NCBI GenBank assembly: GCA_965261395.1
Contig: OZ253462.1
Coordinates: 4,320,001 to 4,384,000 of the forward strand
Direction of reading: 5' to 3'
Source: Candidatus Latescibacterota bacterium
GTDB lineage: Bacteria > Latescibacterota > UBA2968 > UBA8231
Length of the DNA: 64,000 nt
The notes under the pieces were generated by a model that was not told the DNA's origin, did no database searches, and saw only the letters and a program-made list of their open reading frames with translations. Both the position numbers and the translations under genes were made by a program. This document shows, piece after piece, positions 1-8,332 of the stretch. Each line of letters starts with the position of its first letter. The first letter of the stretch is position 1.

Positions 1-39
1 CGGCAGACTCCCCGTAATCGACCCAACGCCGTTTTGGCC

Positions 40-882
40 TTATAAGAAAAACGGATTGTGCTCCCGTTCTTCGCCGACGGTGGTAGCTGGCCCATGACCG
101 GGAAAGAGCGCGACGTTTGCGTCTAGCGCGAGTAGCTTCTCGGCCACTGCTTGGCGCTGCATCCGGTAGCTGACCACGCTGCGAGTGCCTCCGAGTGAAC
201 CCGCGAAAAGCGCGTCCCCGACAAAGGCCATTTCCTCGTGGACCAAGCTAATACCGCCCGCAGTATGCCCGGGCGTGGAGCGAACCTCAAAGCGCAATTT
301 GCCGATGTGTACTACTTCGCCTTCTTCTAATTCGCCCGCGATTTGGTCGGCCAAGCTGCCCGTTAGGGCCAAGTCACCGCGGTGAATCCGCGCTGGTGCG
401 GCCGTGACGCGACCAATCTCGGCGAGAGCGCCGATGTGGTCTTGGTGGCCGTGCGTCAGCAAGATCTGTTCGACCTTTAGCCCAGAGGCGGCCAAGCGCT
501 GGAGGATTTTATCCGCGTCGAACCCTGGGTCGATGACCGCAGCTTGGCCCGTTGCCGCACAGCCGACGATGTAGCCGTTCATCAGAAAGCCGCTGCCGAG
601 CACCATCATCTCCACCTGCGCCCCGGCAAGCGGGTGGCCCGCTGGATGGCGCGGGAAAAACGCCTGCGCCGCGCTCGCCTGCAATTTGCCCGGGTGCAAC
701 CCGAGAGCTTCGGCCAGCCGCTCGATGGTGTCTGCGGCCGGGATCAGCTCGTAGTCTTCGACCCTGGCGATATCCCCGGCAGTCAATCCCACCCGGTCGA
801 CTAGGGCTGCGGTCGCAATCTCCTGCCCGCGCCGGGCCTTGGCGACGATGTCGCCGAACTCGTCTTCTAATTGTGTGTACAT
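40..882 (-). CDS. Metallo-beta-lactamase-fold hydrolase (glyoxalase II-like) with N-terminal XRE-type HTH
   Basis: THGHQDH, TPGHT, GDALF and PGHG MBL motifs; first ~70 aa (DIVAKARRGQEI...RLAEALGL) look like an XRE HTH. Confidence 0.85.
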   Translation of the reverse strand: MYTQLEDEFGDIVAKARRGQEIATAALVDRVGLTAGDIARVEDYELIPAADTIERLAEALGLHPGKLQASAAQAFFPRHPAGHPLAGAQVEMMVLGSGFLMNGYIVGCAATGQAAVIDPGFDADKILQRLAASGLKVEQILLTHGHQDHIGALAEIGRVTAAPARIHRGDLALTGSLADQIAGELEEGEVVHIGKLRFEVRSTPGHTAGGISLVHEEMAFVGDALFAGSLGGTRSVVSYRMQRQAVAEKLLALDANVALFPGHGPATTVGEEREHNPFFL

Positions 883-888
883 GTTTCC

Positions 889-1557
889 TCAGTATTCAAG
901 GTTCGACTGAGCGGCTTGCAAGCTACCCAAGAACTCGTCAAAACTGGCGGTCCACTGCTCGACGGTCTGGGCCGGTCCAGTCATCTTGCAAAACACCGTG
1001 CCCGAGCGATGGATAGCTATAGCCCCGAGCATCCGGTAGCCCGTTTGGGGCTCCGCGTTCCCCATCCCCATTCCCCCGGAGAAGGTGCCGCTGACATCAA
1101 CTCCGGTTATCTCGATGTCCCCCACCTGCCGCGTCCAACGCCGCCCTTGAGCCGGCTGGCCGTCCTCCTGTTTGAACTGACCGAACCAACGCTCGATATT
1201 GGCCTCTACGCTTCCGCCTTGCCCCGGGCCAAAGAAAAAGATACCCAGCGTCGCTTCCCCGGCTGGTCCGGGGAGGCCATATTGGGCCACTCGCATGGAA
1301 CTGGACGGCTGCTGCACCACCCAACCCTTGGGGGCCACCGCGCTGAGTGGCCCCAGTGCCTGCCGCCCGCCCGCCTGACCCAAAGCGGGCGCTGGCGTCG
1401 CAGTGGTTGGCGTTGGGGAACGGGCGGTGAGTCCCCGCTCGGCCATGGCCGCCGCCGGCTCTTGATCGCTGAAATTTTGGCTGCACCCGATAGCCCCAAA
1501 GACCCAAGCGCATATCCATATAGATTGGCCCCAAGATCGAAGATTGTCCTTTATCAT
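889..1557 (-). CDS. Conserved hypothetical exported protein or lipoprotein
   Basis: Probable ATG at 1557; hydrophobic stretch ending AIGC (lipobox-like); PKGW...MRVAQY...GGSVEANIERWFGQF segment. Confidence 0.6.
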   Translation of the reverse strand: MIKDNLRSWGQSIWICAWVFGAIGCSQNFSDQEPAAAMAERGLTARSPTPTTATPAPALGQAGGRQALGPLSAVAPKGWVVQQPSSSMRVAQYGLPGPAGEATLGIFFFGPGQGGSVEANIERWFGQFKQEDGQPAQGRRWTRQVGDIEITGVDVSGTFSGGMGMGNAEPQTGYRMLGAIAIHRSGTVFCKMTGPAQTVEQWTASFDEFLGSLQAAQSNLEY

Positions 1558-2069
1558 CACAGGCCTCCCCAAGCGATGAGGCTGGCAAGGGCCGCTAATG
1601 CGACCAAGCCCCCTGTGTAAAACCAAACCCTGCTTCGCGCGCGCTGTCGCTGTCTTTTAGGCGGTTGCTGTCTGGGCCGGTTGAGACCCAGCGTCCCTAC
1701 TTGCAGGGTCGGCGATTTATGTTGGATATAGTGGGCCATTCCCTCGTATATGCGGCGGATACTATGGGCATTCTCGGCCTCCGCGTAATCGGCCAGATGC
1801 GATAGCGGCAACCACTGCACCGGGGCGATGTCTTGGGAAATGGGAAATTCGATCTGCGCTTTGACCCGCGCCTGTTCGTAGCCCAAGAGGCGGACGTAAT
1901 AGCGCAGCCGACAGCTATCGAAATCGACCAGACAACAGCGGTAGCCGGTCTCACATAGCTGGCGCAATCCCTCCTCTACATCGCGCAACAAGCCCATGTC
2001 GCGTTCTTGGCGCGCGTTCACTAGCTGCTCGCGCAGCACTTTGACGGTTGTTGGGGTATCTTTGTTCAT
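1557..2069 (-). CDS. Hypothetical protein with C-terminal hydrophobic anchor
   Basis: 170-aa ORF abutting the next gene; C-terminal TM-like segment. Confidence 0.55.
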   Translation of the reverse strand: MNKDTPTTVKVLREQLVNARQERDMGLLRDVEEGLRQLCETGYRCCLVDFDSCRLRYYVRLLGYEQARVKAQIEFPISQDIAPVQWLPLSHLADYAEAENAHSIRRIYEGMAHYIQHKSPTLQVGTLGLNRPRQQPPKRQRQRARSRVWFYTGGLVALAALASLIAWGGL

Positions 2070-2160
2070 GGATCTATGGCGAAATTAGAGCACAGAAATA
2101 AGGCCGTTCTCGTGCAGGCTGTCAACTTTCTTCCGGCGCGCTTTTTGTGCAGACTGTGGT

Positions 2161-2190
2161 TTGACAAATTAGCTGTGCATCGGTTAAGAT
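2161..2190 (+). promoter_or_regulatory. Putative sigma70 promoter upstream of msrAB
   Basis: TTGACA-18bp-TAAGAT. Confidence 0.4.
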
Positions 2191-2513
2191 AGCCCCAACT
2201 TGTATCCGCCTCGTTTCCCTCGCCAGCCCATGTCGTGCGACAGTCGCCCATACTTCCCGTTGGGTTGGATCTTCCTGCTTGCGCGGCTATGCCCCACGGC
2301 GCTACGACGGCACTAGACGCGTACTGTTCAACTTGGAAGCGCGCCCCACTTGGGTTCGTCGGCCTTGGTATACTCTCGCCAGTGCCGCCTTTGTGGATTG
2401 TAGATGAGGGTGCTTATGTGTTGTCCGTGGGATTAGGGCAGTACTTTTAGATAGTGTGAACCTTTTAGCATACTTGGAGCGTTTATAAAAGAACCCAACC
2501 AAAAGGAGGATCT

Positions 2514-3569
2514 ATGAACGCCAAACTACTCATTCTGACCGGCGTGGCCCTGTGTGCTCTTAGTGCCCAAGCCAGCCGTGCCCAAGACTATGCTCAAGCG
2601 ACGTTTGCCGGGGGATGTTTCTGGTGCATCGAAGCGCCCTTTGACAAGGTCGAGGGGGTCGTCTCAGCCGTTTCCGGCTACACCGGCGGCGAGCGCGAAA
2701 ACCCAACCTATAAACAAGTCAGCTCTGGTAGGACCAAGCACATAGAGTCCGTCCTGGGCACCTTTGATCCCGAGGTTATCTCCTATGGTCAACTCCTCGA
2801 CATCTACTGGCGTCAATTCGACCCCACCGATCCCGGGGGATCCTTTTACGATCGCGGCCATCAATATACCTCGGCCATATTTTACCACGACGAAGAGCAA
2901 CTCACCTTAGCCGAAGCCAGCAAACAGGCCCTCGACGCCTCGGGCCGCTTTGACAAACCCATCGTCACACCCATCCGTTCAGCCACCACCTTTTACCAGG
3001 CCGAGGAGTACCACCAAGATTACTACCTGAAGAACCCCCAGCACTATAAGCGCTATCGCCGGGGATCGGGCCGCGACCGCTTTATCGAAGAGACGTGGAG
3101 CAAAGACCTCCCGGCACCAACGGCCAGCGTCCAATACGCCAAGCCTCCCATCGACACCTTGCGCGCCCAACTCACGAACTTGCAATTTCAGGTCACGCAG
3201 GAAGACGCCACCGAGCGACCCTTCAGCAACCTGTACTGGGACAACAAGGCAGTGGGCATCTACGTCGATATCGTTTCCGGCGAACCCCTCTTTAGCTCGC
3301 AGCACAAGTTCAAATCCGGCACTGGCTGGCCCAGCTTTACTCAACCCTTAGAGCCGGATCACATCGTCGAGCACACCGACAATTCACTGTTTATGACCCG
3401 TGCCGAGATCCGCAGCAAATACGCCGACTCGCATCTCGGACATGTCTTTGCGGACGGCCCGGCCCCCACTGGGCTGCGCTACTGCATCAACTCGGCTTCC
3501 CTGCGCTTTATTCCCATTGAGAATTTGGCCAAGGAAGGCTATGGTGAGTACGCGGCCCTGTTTGAGTAA
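2514..3569 (+). CDS. msrAB: Exported bifunctional methionine sulfoxide reductase MsrA/MsrB
   Basis: Signal peptide; MsrA GGCFWC and AEEYHQDY; Msr[21 protein letters not shown]; AGGAGG RBS. Confidence 0.96.
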   Translation: MNAKLLILTGVALCALSAQASRAQDYAQATFAGGCFWCIEAPFDKVEGVVSAVSGYTGGERENPTYKQVSSGRTKHIESVLGTFDPEVISYGQLLDIYWRQFDPTDPGGSFYDRGHQYTSAIFYHDEEQLTLAEASKQALDASGRFDKPIVTPIRSATTFYQAEEYHQDYYLKNPQHYKRYRRGSGRDRFIEETWSKDLPAPTASVQYAKPPIDTLRAQLTNLQFQVTQEDATERPFSNLYWDNKAVGIYVDIVSGEPLFSSQHKFKSGTGWPSFTQPLEPDHIVEHTDNSLFMTRAEIRSKYADSHLGHVFADGPAPTGLRYCINSASLRFIPIENLAKEGYGEYAALFE

Positions 3570-3632
3570 GCGCAGGGCTTTTGCTGCATTGCAGAAATGA
3601 CAACGGCCGGACAACCTCACCCAGAATTGGGA
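3516..3632 (+). repeat. Diverged direct repeat copy 1 (msrAB last 17 codons, stop and ~65 bp downstream)
   Basis: Aligns by eye with 7431-7548. Confidence 0.9.
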
Positions 3633-3667
3633 TCGGTTGGTCCGGCCGTTTACTAAGGCCGACCTCC

Positions 3668-5971
3668 CTAGTAAACCACCGACACCCCCCACCGCACCTT
3701 CTCCACTCGGGTATCTCCCTCCACGTGCAGTTCCAGCAAATACAGCCCCGGCACCACCAGCCTGCCGCTGCTGTCCCGCCCATCCCAGCTCAGTTCCCGG
3801 TGACCAGCCAGCCCTTTCCCTTCGACCTCCCCGAGTAAACGCCCGGAGAGATCGAGCACGCGCATCCACAGCGGCCGCTGCTCCAGCACATTGACCAGAT
3901 CGACCGAGACCACCAGTACATCGTTGCGCTCATCGCCGTTGGGCGTGAGCACCCTGGTATCGAGCACCGCATTGGCGAACAGGCGGTCAGAAACCGGCAG
4001 ACTCACCACGTTGGTGCTGCTCTCCACCTCCGGAGCCGCGTCTCCGGGCTCCACCGCCTGGCGGCCCAATGCCTCCTGCCCGCTGTCCACCAGAAAGACA
4101 TCGAAGCGCGTCGACTGCAGAAAGACCGAAGACGTGAAGCGCAGCTCCACCAGCTCCTGCTGCCGGATCGAGCGCGAAAACGTGACCTGAAATCCCTCCT
4201 CGGTTTCCTCTACCTCCGCTTCCGTCGGCTTCTCACCGACCATCACCTCTCTGAACTGCATCGATGCCGAGGCCGCCACCATCAGCCGGTCGAATCCCGG
4301 CGTCCGCCCGGGCCGCAGGAAGTACGAAAACTCCGTCGCCTCTCCCGGCAGCACCGCAGTCGGGAAGATCTCTCCCACCACCTCGTCGGCCAGCGGCTCG
4401 TGGAACTCCACCTCAAGATAGTCCAGAGACGCCGCCCGGTCTGGATTTTCGGATACCAGACTTACCTCCAGCTCCATATAGCGACGGGGGGAAGGGGACT
4501 GGAATCTCTGATCTGGTGCCAGATAGACATTGCTCCAGGGGCTCTGGTCGTCTCCCGGCACCGAAGTAGTATCCACGGATCCTCGGAAGCTGGGGATCAG
4601 TTTGTCCCACTTCCTTTTGGTCACTTGCTTGCCGTTCTTGTCGTAGTAGGTGATGTCGTACCGCACCTCGTTGCTCGTGCGGCTGCGCACCTCGATCCGG
4701 GCGTCCGGTGAAGTATCTGCCCGCCAGCGGATGGCGCTCACCTGCTTGTTCCCTTTCAGGTCGATCAGCGGGGAGCGGAAGGTCACCCTGGCTGGATGTC
4801 CCTCGCCGAAGACCTGCAGCTCGCGTGTACTGCCATAGAAATTGCAGGGATTTGCTGTACTGCTGGCCCAGAGCGCCGCGCAGGCAGCGTCGAAATACAC
4901 CCAGGCGATGCGCACGTACCGGGTCTGAATGAGTTCGAAGTGGTGCTCGGCGAAAGGCCAAAGTTGGTTCTGGGCGGTACTCTTGCCGACGAAGTGCCGG
5001 TGCCAAATGCGGGTCCCATCCGGCGCCAGGGAGCCGTCCGAACTCAGCACCTCGTAGGTGTCGAAGTCGAAATAGCTTTTCGATCTGGGACCCAACAGAA
5101 AATGGCCCACGATGCGCACCAAATCCACCCAGTACACGGCGCCTAGATCCAGCGTCATGTGCGAGATGACGTTGACCTGGCTGTTGATTCGGCGGGGCTG
5201 GAGCCATGCGGAGAAGTTCCCGTCCGCGATGGACATGGCATTGCCCAAGGTAGCGGCGTCACCGGCACCTTCCACGTCCAAGATGATCTCTAGTCCCCCC
5301 CCTCTTTCCAGCAGACCCAGCGTAATATTGTCGCCGATGGCCTCCACTTCCACTTCCACCAAGCGCGCTCCGGGAACGTGGAGCAATGACTCCACCCTCA
5401 GGAACTGGACTGGCGGTTGTTTGGCCAGGTCCAGGTCCAGGGGCACTCGGTGTCTTTTGTTCTCCTTGAACCGTTCCCGGAAGCGGTAGATCAGGCTGCT
5501 TTCGACGGTATTGCCGACCGCGTCGATAGCCAGTTCGCCCGTCGACAGGAAGAGTGTGAAAAGTTCAAAAGGCGGGGCTTCTTCGTCGAAAACCAGGGTC
5601 ACTCCCCTGGCCGCAACAGCTCTGCCCAGATCAATCTCGATGAACCAATCCTCGGGGGAATCATTCGGGTCCAGGCTCCAGCCGGTGGCCGGATCGCCGT
5701 CCATGACGAACGCGGCCTGTCGCGAATTCGAGCCGACGCTGCGGATGCCGCCGCCGAAATCCGCGGCGTTGAGCACGGCGTTGATCTCCTTGCGGATGCG
5801 GACCGGAAGGATCGTGCCGTCCTGTGTGAGTTCAACCGCACCGAGCGGGAGTTCCCATCGACTCCATTCCGCCGCCGTGTCAAAGCGCATCTGCTCTCCG
5901 TATGCCCCCAACGCCGCGCATCCGCACAGTGCCAGAGAGCGAAGAACCTGGAAACGGATTCGATTGTCCAT
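3668..5971 (-). CDS. Large secreted protein with discoidin/F5-8-like beta-sandwich segments and C-terminal FlgD-Ig-like domain
   Basis: Signal peptide; MDGDPATGW...IEIDLGR and LDLGAVYWVD segments; C-terminal LTPNGD...WDGRD..G..V.PGLYLL; AGGAGG RBS. Confidence 0.75.
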   Translation of the reverse strand: MDNRIRFQVLRSLALCGCAALGAYGEQMRFDTAAEWSRWELPLGAVELTQDGTILPVRIRKEINAVLNAADFGGGIRSVGSNSRQAAFVMDGDPATGWSLDPNDSPEDWFIEIDLGRAVAARGVTLVFDEEAPPFELFTLFLSTGELAIDAVGNTVESSLIYRFRERFKENKRHRVPLDLDLAKQPPVQFLRVESLLHVPGARLVEVEVEAIGDNITLGLLERGGGLEIILDVEGAGDAATLGNAMSIADGNFSAWLQPRRINSQVNVISHMTLDLGAVYWVDLVRIVGHFLLGPRSKSYFDFDTYEVLSSDGSLAPDGTRIWHRHFVGKSTAQNQLWPFAEHHFELIQTRYVRIAWVYFDAACAALWASSTANPCNFYGSTRELQVFGEGHPARVTFRSPLIDLKGNKQVSAIRWRADTSPDARIEVRSRTSNEVRYDITYYDKNGKQVTKRKWDKLIPSFRGSVDTTSVPGDDQSPWSNVYLAPDQRFQSPSPRRYMELEVSLVSENPDRAASLDYLEVEFHEPLADEVVGEIFPTAVLPGEATEFSYFLRPGRTPGFDRLMVAASASMQFREVMVGEKPTEAEVEETEEGFQVTFSRSIRQQELVELRFTSSVFLQSTRFDVFLVDSGQEALGRQAVEPGDAAPEVESSTNVVSLPVSDRLFANAVLDTRVLTPNGDERNDVLVVSVDLVNVLEQRPLWMRVLDLSGRLLGEVEGKGLAGHRELSWDGRDSSGRLVVPGLYLLELHVEGDTRVEKVRWGVSVVY

Positions 5972-6034
5972 AGCGAACCTCCTGCGCTGGAACGGCTGGT
6001 GGGTTCTATGTTTACTATGTTAGGCGGGACAATA

Positions 6035-7270
6035 TTGACTACTCCCAATCCTAAAGGAGTTGGGATTCTTGGCAGCGTTAAGCCGCCGCAGACTGTAGCC
6101 CCAGTCTGCAAATGTTACGCGCCGCGTTTGCGTCTCGGTCGCAGTCCAGACCGCAAAAGGGGCACACATGCCGGCGCACCGAAAGCGCCTTTTGCAAGCG
6201 ATGCCCGCAGGCCGAACAATCCTGCGACGTATAGGCCGGGTTCACGGCGACCAAGTGCCTACCAGCTTCTTCCGCTTTGTAGGACAGGATTTGCCGGAAC
6301 TGCGACCAAGCGGCGTCAGAAATACTTTTGGCAAGGCAGCGGTTGCGAACCATGGCCTTGACATGCAACGCTTCTACGGCGATCAGGCCATAGCGGTTGA
6401 CGATGCGCCGTGCGTGCTGATGCACAAAGTCATGCCGCCGACAGCGGATGCGCTCGTGGACACGGGCAACCACCTTGCGGGCTTTCTGGCGCTCAGGGGT
6501 TCCCTTGGCGGCCTTGGCCAGTTTGCGTTGTGCCTTCGCCAGCGCCTTTTCGTCTTGGCGGAAGAAGCGGGGGTTGTTGACCGTCTCGCCATTCGACAAC
6601 GTGGCGAACTGCTCCAGCCCGACGTCGATACCTACCGCTTCGTCGCTTTTGGGCAACGGTTGGTTTGCCACCTCGCAGACGATGGTGGCAAACCACTTGC
6701 CCGTCGCACGGCGGCGGATCGTGCAGGTCTTCGGCTTGCCTTCCAAGGGCCGAGACCACGCACCGCGCAAGCACCCGATCTTAGCAAGCCGCAAGCCCTT
6801 GTCGTCGAGGCGAAAAGCGGTCTCTTGCGGATAGGTCAGGCTATCGTAGCGGCCAGCGCCTTTGAAGCGGGGAAATCCGGGTTTCTCACCCCCGTCCTTG
6901 CAGCGGCGATAGAAGGCCTGAAAGGCCAAGTCAACGCGCACGGCCACGTTTTGCAAGACTTGGGAATAGACCTGTGCTAGGGTGGAACGATCCGTCTTGA
7001 GAAAGGGCAACTGGTTGATCTGCTCGTAGCGGCCAAAGGATACCCCTCGGTCCTTATAGGCTTGGATGCGATCCACGACGAAGTGGTTGTAGAGCATTCG
7101 GCATTCTTCGAGGTGAGCCGCCAGGGTCGTAGCCTGTTTTGCCGTTGGTCTCAGCCGATATTGGAACGCTTTATGCATACCAGAAGACATAGCGCAAAGA
7201 GAGCACCGACACAAGGGGATGATGCTAAAGCCGCTCTTATATCCAAAGCCTAAAGGCAGTTTGATAAAAC
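6035..7270 (-). mobile_element. Non-autonomous IS200/IS605-family (IS1341-like) element carrying tnpB only
   Basis: Right end on minus strand GAAT-CCCAACTCC(TTTA)GGATTGGG-AGTAG-TCAA (6069-6035); related bulged TAAA-loop hairpin at ~7243-7263; no tnpA; left boundary approximate. Confidence 0.8.
6078..7190 (-). CDS. tnpB: RNA-guided endonuclease TnpB
   Basis: KAFQYRLRPT N-terminus; RuvC GIDVG, AVEAL, DRDANAA; zinc finger CSAC...CPFC; start at 7190 or 7178. Confidence 0.95.
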   Translation of the reverse strand: MSSGMHKAFQYRLRPTAKQATTLAAHLEECRMLYNHFVVDRIQAYKDRGVSFGRYEQINQLPFLKTDRSTLAQVYSQVLQNVAVRVDLAFQAFYRRCKDGGEKPGFPRFKGAGRYDSLTYPQETAFRLDDKGLRLAKIGCLRGAWSRPLEGKPKTCTIRRRATGKWFATIVCEVANQPLPKSDEAVGIDVGLEQFATLSNGETVNNPRFFRQDEKALAKAQRKLAKAAKGTPERQKARKVVARVHERIRCRRHDFVHQHARRIVNRYGLIAVEALHVKAMVRNRCLAKSISDAAWSQFRQILSYKAEEAGRHLVAVNPAYTSQDCSACGHRLQKALSVRRHVCPFCGLDCDRDANAARNICRLGLQSAAA

Positions 7271-7430
7271 TGGACAGTTCTATTGCCAACAATGAAGTTG
7301 GCCTAAAAACTATTTGTCAACGGATTATTGCGTTGTAAGAGCAGAAAGAAAGTTTGGACGCAGAGATCGTAGAGCTTGATATGCAGATTGTCGAACTCAA
7401 ACAACAAATCGCCGACGCTCCTGAATTCTC

Positions 7431-7548
7431 ATCGAGGATTTGGCCAAGGAAGGGTACGGAGAGTACGCGGCCCTCTTTGAATGAAGCGCTAAGCCTTTAG
7501 CGCATCGTAGAAATGCAAACGGCCGGATAACCGCACCCAGAATCGGGA
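7431..7548 (+). pseudogene. Displaced 3' fragment of an msrB homolog (repeat copy 2)
   Basis: Encodes [17 protein letters not shown] versus [17 protein letters not shown] in msrAB. Confidence 0.9.
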
Positions 7549-7549
7549 G

Positions 7550-8329
7550 TCAAGAGCGCACTTCATCCTCCGTGGGGCACTCGGGCGCGAAAACACTTCC
7601 AAGGTCCACGGTTATTTGGGCGTAGTGTCTACTCAGCCACTGTTTAGCTTTTTCAGTCTCTGGGCAGAGGCTTTGCACCGTCAACCAGAACTTGACCGAG
7701 TGATCCGGAATGGCCAGATGCACTATCTCATGGGTAATCAGGTACCGGAGAACGAAGTCCGGCGTGAGAATAAGTCGCCAGTTGAACGAGAGATTCCTAC
7801 GCGAGGAGCAGTTGCCCCACTTGGTGCGCTGACCCATCACATATATCCGTTCAGGTTGCTGACGGATGCGTGCGGTCATGACAGAAAGGTAACCCGTTAT
7901 CGCCGCGCGAGCCTGCTTTCGCAGCCAGTTCTCGAGGCCGCGTGCCGCCGGCGTCCGCGTGTTCGAGCCCCGACGCACTATGATCCCACCATCAGTCAAG
8001 CTGACGGAGTTTCCTCGCGCCTTCGTCTCAACGAATTCGACTCGTACTGGGGTCGGTTCACCGCGAAACAAGATCTCGCCAAGTGGGCGCCGTTCCGGCC
8101 GCCTCACACCGCGAAGACTGGACACCCGGTCGATCTGAGCGAGCACCCAGGTCCCGTTCCTGCGCAGAAACGACGATACCTCCTCGTCGCCAATACCAAC
8201 GGGTTGTACGACCTCGACGCCGCGCGAGCCGATTCGAACGCGGGCCTGCCTAGCATCCTTCGAAACTACGACATCATACTCAATGCAGCGGCCGCGCAGC
8301 AGAATCTGGCGTTGCGTCGATGGTCTCAT
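7550..8329 (-). CDS. M48/YgjP (DUF45) zinc metallopeptidase-like protein associated with type I RM
   Basis: QRTKWGNCS, FNWRL, HEIVH, HSVKFW; directly downstream of hsdR. Confidence 0.9.
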   Translation of the reverse strand: MRPSTQRQILLRGRCIEYDVVVSKDARQARVRIGSRGVEVVQPVGIGDEEVSSFLRRNGTWVLAQIDRVSSLRGVRRPERRPLGEILFRGEPTPVRVEFVETKARGNSVSLTDGGIIVRRGSNTRTPAARGLENWLRKQARAAITGYLSVMTARIRQQPERIYVMGQRTKWGNCSSRRNLSFNWRLILTPDFVLRYLITHEIVHLAIPDHSVKFWLTVQSLCPETEKAKQWLSRHYAQITVDLGSVFAPECPTEDEVRS

Positions 8330-8332
8330 GCG

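Noticed and set aside
2190-2510. Possible ncRNA or riboswitch upstream of msrAB
   Set aside because: No recognisable conserved motif or convincing stem; needs an Rfam search.
6078-7190. Nuclease-dead TnpB (TldR-like) repressor
   Set aside because: All three RuvC catalytic residues are present and the transposon right end is intact.
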